This document shows, one piece after another, positions 22,344 to 26,000 of a stretch of DNA of 26,000 nt; positions within the stretch are counted from its first letter, which is position 1; each line of letters begins with the position of its first letter. Source of the DNA: Octopus sinensis (Eukaryota); assembly GCF_006345805.1 (NCBI RefSeq), contig NW_021835662.1, positions 1-26,000 on the forward strand, read 5' to 3'. Made by a program: the position numbers and the translations under genes. The notes beneath the pieces are model-generated. The model did no database searches and was not told where the DNA came from. It saw only the letters and a program-made list of their open reading frames with translations.

Positions 22344-22504
22344 GGAGTGGCTGTGTGGTAAGTAGCTTGTTTATGAGCTACATGGTTTCGGGTTCAGTCC
22401 CACTACGTGGCACTTTGGACAAGTGTCTTCTACCATAGCCTCGGGCCAACCAAAACCTTGTGAGTGGATTTGGTAGACGGAAACTGAAAGTAACCCGTCG
22501 TATG

Positions 22505-22602
<98 letters not shown>

Positions 22603-22816
22603 TGTGTTTGTGTTTGTCTCCCCCCCCCAACATCGCTTGACAACCGATGCCGGTGCGTTTACGTCCCCGTAACTTAGCGGTTCGGCAAAAGAGACCGATA
22701 GAAAAAGTACTAGGCTTACAAAAGAATAAGTCCCGGGGTCGAGTTGCTCGATTAAAGGCGGTGCTCCAGCATGGCCGCAGTCAAATGACTGAAACAAGTA
22801 AAAGAGTAAAAGAGTA
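22344..22816 (+). mobile_element. SINE family B, full-length young copy with internal (TA)(TG)n microsatellite
   Basis: tRNA-like head GGAGTGGCTGTGTGGTAAG...GGGTTCAGTCCC, conserved body, internal (TG)n at about 22515-22600 and short tandem tail (AAAAGAGT)2A. Confidence 0.9.
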
Positions 22817-23973
22817 TTACAGCACGAATACACGTTATTGAGTTAGACGGAGTTGATCTTTTGATAGAACGGCGAGAGTGTGTCGTTATCTTAAAGTGTT
22901 GAATCGTCCGTAATATGCTCTGCCTTATATAGAGCAAGATTAACTAGGGTTTTGAACAGGAGTGCAGTGTGTACCTGTCTAAGTGTTCATATCCAGAAAC
23001 AGCTGTGTATTGATGAGTAATGAAGACAGTAATGGAAATCGACATAAAAATAACACTGAGTCCAGCAGCCATTTTTCTGTGCCACCCACACCGCATTTCT
23101 TCCAGCTATATTATCTATCACTCTGTCAGCTGTTCTCACCATCATGTCTGACCTCCCTTTCTCCTTCAGCCATCTGTTTCAGCCATCTTCATTTCAGCCA
23201 ACCTAGCGACAACAATTCTATTCAACTTCTCTTTCGGCCAAGGTCAACTGTTGCAGCCCCCATCATTTCTGACCCCTGTCAATCATCGACAATAAATAAA
23301 CAAAACAGACGACACGCTAGACAGCGACGAAGCTTTTTCAATATGGCCAATAGACGTGCTAGAAATAACAGCCAAATCTACACCGTAATTACACGTTTTG
23401 AATTATGAAGAACACATTGGCTAATGTTAATTTTGGATAGATTTATTATCTCTGAAACAAACGGGCTGAGCTGACTTTAGGAATAACAACAACAACAATA
23501 ACAAACACGCCAAGCAGGTATCCGCGATGTTATCACACAATCTATTAAAAAACAGCAAATGAAACGTTTCAAACAACAAACTTTCACGGTTTTAAAGAAG
23601 GTAAGATAGAAGGGATAATGTAGTATTAGATACACCTAAAATGGATGGCCATGGCTGGATTGCCTTTAATCACAGATTCGTTAAGTAAAATGTAATTTGG
23701 AACCAACACAACACAACATATAAGGTTTTATTTTAGTTACACAAGAGCAAGTTTCTTTGATTTTATGTACAACAGCAACTTTTAAAACTCCTAACACTTA
23801 GTTTCGCGTTTTTGGCCAAACCACGTTCGCCGCTTCACATATCACCAGGCGGAGCATCTACGGTGTTACTTGAATTGTTAGAAATATCAGACGAGTTCCT
23901 ATCGAATCAAAACGTACGTACAAGTTATGCGAAAGATGGATGCATTAGACAAAGTAGTCCTTGATATTCTCCT

Positions 23974-24101
23974 ACTCTAATGTAATCTCCAGCGATACAG
24001 GCATCCAGCGACAGGACCTCCGTAATGCTATGATGGACCGTGAGGTCTGGTGTAACATAGTAAATTCCATTATCTCGACCACGGTCGAACAATGATGATG
24101 A
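23974..24101 (+). mobile_element. 5'-truncated LINE 3' end (RTE-like), 128 bp, with 11-bp TSD
   Basis: GATATTCTCCT flanks the insert at 23963-23973 and 24102-24112. The insert encodes SNVISSDTGIQRQDLRNAMMDREVWCNIVNSIISTTVEQ*, which resembles RTE ORF C-termini, and ends in (TGA)3. Confidence 0.8.
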
Positions 24102-24300
24102 GATATTCTCCTCTTCTTCTTTATATATATATATATATATATAATCGCCAAGGAGTATACATGGGGTCGCCTATACACACACACACACACACACACATGC
24201 ATTAATGGGTTCAGTTCCCACGGTAACCATATGTTTGCTCGATCAAGTAAACTACCTGAAGATAAAATTAAATGAAAGGTCGCTGCGGACCCCACAAACA

Positions 24301-24396
24301 CATATGAACTCCCTTAATATAATTAAGGGAGTTCATATATAACTATTCATAGTTCATATGTGACTATTCTTGTTACATAATATGTAACAAGAATAG
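24301..24396. repeat. Cluster of three adjacent palindromes
   Basis: 17-bp arms 24302-24318/24322-24338, 6-bp arms AACTAT/ATAGTT at 24341-24354, 16-bp arms 24364-24379/24381-24396. In addition, 24301-24310 is the reverse complement of 24351-24360. Confidence 0.95.
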
Positions 24397-24399
24397 ATC

Positions 24400-25237
24400 T
24401 TTGCCCGTCGTCCTTTCGGGGTCGATAAAATAAAATAGCATTTCAATGCTAGGGTCGATTTTATAAGCTAAGCCCTTCCTCTAAAAATGCTGACCTTCTG
24501 CTAAAATGTGAAGCAAGTCTGCGAGCTGGTATAATCGACTTTGCATTTCATTCTTTCGTGGTCGATAAAACAAGTATCATCCGAACGCTGGGATCGATTT
24601 AATCGACTAACTCCGTCTTCCCTATTTTGTGTCAAAGATATTATAATTATAATTATTGGCTTTAAATATTGGCCCGAGGCCAGAAAATTCAGGTGAGAGG
24701 CTAAGTTGATTACATCAACCCCAGGGTTAAAATCTTTTTTTAGTTATTGACCCCAAAAGAATAAACGTTAAAAATCGACCTCATTGGAATTTGAACTCAG
24801 AAGGTCAAGTCGGACGAAATGACACGTGAAGTCTTGTTAACAATTCTGGCAGCTTGCCCCCATAATCTGTTGTTAAGGCGGCGAGCTGGCAGAATCGTTA
24901 GCACGCCGGGCGAAATACTTAGCGGTATTTCGTCTGCCGCTACGTTGTGAGTTCAAATTCCGCCGAGGTCGACTTTGCCTTTCATCCTTTTGAAGTCGAT
25001 AAATTAAGTACCAGTTACGCACTGGAGTCGATATAATCGACTTAATCCGTATGTCTGTCCTCGTTTATCCCCTCTGTGTGTAGCTCCTTGTGGGTAGTAA
25101 AGAAATAGGTATTTCGTGTACCGCTACGTTCTGAGTTCAAATTCCTCGAGGTCGACATTGCCTTTTGTCCTTTCGAAGTCGATAAATCAAGTCCCAATGA
25201 AACATGAATTTCAGGCCTTGTGCCTTTAGTAGAAAGG

Positions 25238-25273
<36 letters not shown>

Positions 25274-25420
25274 ATTCCGCCGAGATCGACTTTGCCTTTC
25301 ATCATTTCCTGGAGGATGAAATAAGTACCAGCTGAGCACTGAGGTCGGTGTAATAGAGTTATCCCCCCCTTACCCGATCCCCTGGAGTTGCTGGCCTTGT
25401 GCCAAAATTGGAAACCAATT
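24400..25420. mobile_element. SINE family A cluster: fragments about 24400-24500 (+), about 24515-24650 (+), about 24665-24860 (-), 25108-25238 (+, followed by (GTT)n) and 25274-25420 (+)
   Basis: Repeated occurrences of the CTTTGCCTTTCAT...GTCGATAAA body motif on either strand. Confidence 0.8.
24877..25107 (+). mobile_element. SINE family A, full-length copy
   Basis: A-box-like TGGCAGAATCG (24887-24897), B-box GAGTTCAAATTCC (24949-24961), body GTCGACTTTGCCTTTCATCC...GTCGATAAATTAAGTACCAG and a unique tail. Confidence 0.9.
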
Positions 25421-25770
25421 CGTATGTATGGATGTATCTATGTATCTAACTGTCAGTGTGTGAGAAAACCATCACATCAACACATACACACATATACACA
25501 AACACACACATTCTTTGTTTTGTCCTGTACTGTCCATAATATTTATCTCAATGTAAACCTTTGTGGCTAATAAAGAAATCATTATCATCATTATTACGAT
25601 TATTATTATTATTTATGGCCAGCGGTATATTTAGTTATTAGGCCTTTTCAAAACATACCTAATTAAAACTAATTTTTTAAAACATGAAAAGCTAGCGGGA
25701 GATGTGGTGGGTGTCTGTTCTATAGCAATTAGCTGTTCATTATTTTAATTCTGGAAAATAAATGCCAAGC

Positions 25771-25955
25771 GCCAATCAGAAATGAGAGAAACGAGACTTG
25801 ATTCCATCACTTCCGCTTTGTGTTTCATTTTCCAAAGAAGGCGTTAGTAACGGCTTCAGAGCTTTTGATCATATAACAGCTAAATCGCCATCGAAAAGGG
25901 GTTACAAATACAACAGCAAAACTCCTATAAATGCCAGACTTTTACACCTCAGCAG
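25771..25955 (+). promoter_or_regulatory. Possible Pol II promoter (CCAAT, ETS, TATA, Inr-like)
   Basis: GCCAATCAG 25771-25779, CACTTCCG 25808-25815, TATAAAT 25926-25932, TCAG 25949-25952 in plausible order in non-repetitive sequence. Motif match only. Confidence 0.3.
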
Positions 25956-26000
25956 CAAATCAATATTTTTAAATCACGTTTTTCTGCAACAATCAATCTA

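Noticed and set aside
22983-23408. 141-aa plus-strand ORF
   Set aside because: Non-ATG start, Ser-rich low-information sequence, the 3' part overlaps repeat family C, and there is no recognisable domain.
24877-24965. tRNA gene
   Set aside because: A and B boxes are present but there is no cloverleaf. It is a SINE head repeated many times in the window.

Overview
This is AT-rich, microsatellite- and transposon-dense eukaryotic DNA that reads as a large intron or intergenic region. The SINE families resemble those I recall from octopus/coleoid cephalopod genomes, which is inference and was not verified. No host protein-coding gene can be supported, and most listed ORFs are translations of microsatellites. 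Supported features are a complete but inactivated Tc1 (DD34E) transposon (18955-20397), a 1.7 kb non-autonomous Helitron (14531-16227), a hAT MITE with 8-bp TSD (3440-3662), a 5'-truncated LINE end with 11-bp TSD, a probable very old RT remnant, many tRNA-derived SINEs, a 36/72-bp higher-order minisatellite and a degenerate GATA-core minisatellite. The most interesting signal is a small non-coding repeat family with four related pieces (5795-5905, about 5965-6172, 8350-8831, 17879-18043). It carries a minimal type I hammerhead ribozyme motif (near-intact at 5986-6028 on +, degenerate at 8566-8605 on -). Two copies form asymmetric inverted repeats with a shared unpaired tail of about 51 bp. This is the architecture expected for a Penelope-like or retrozyme-type non-autonomous retroelement.
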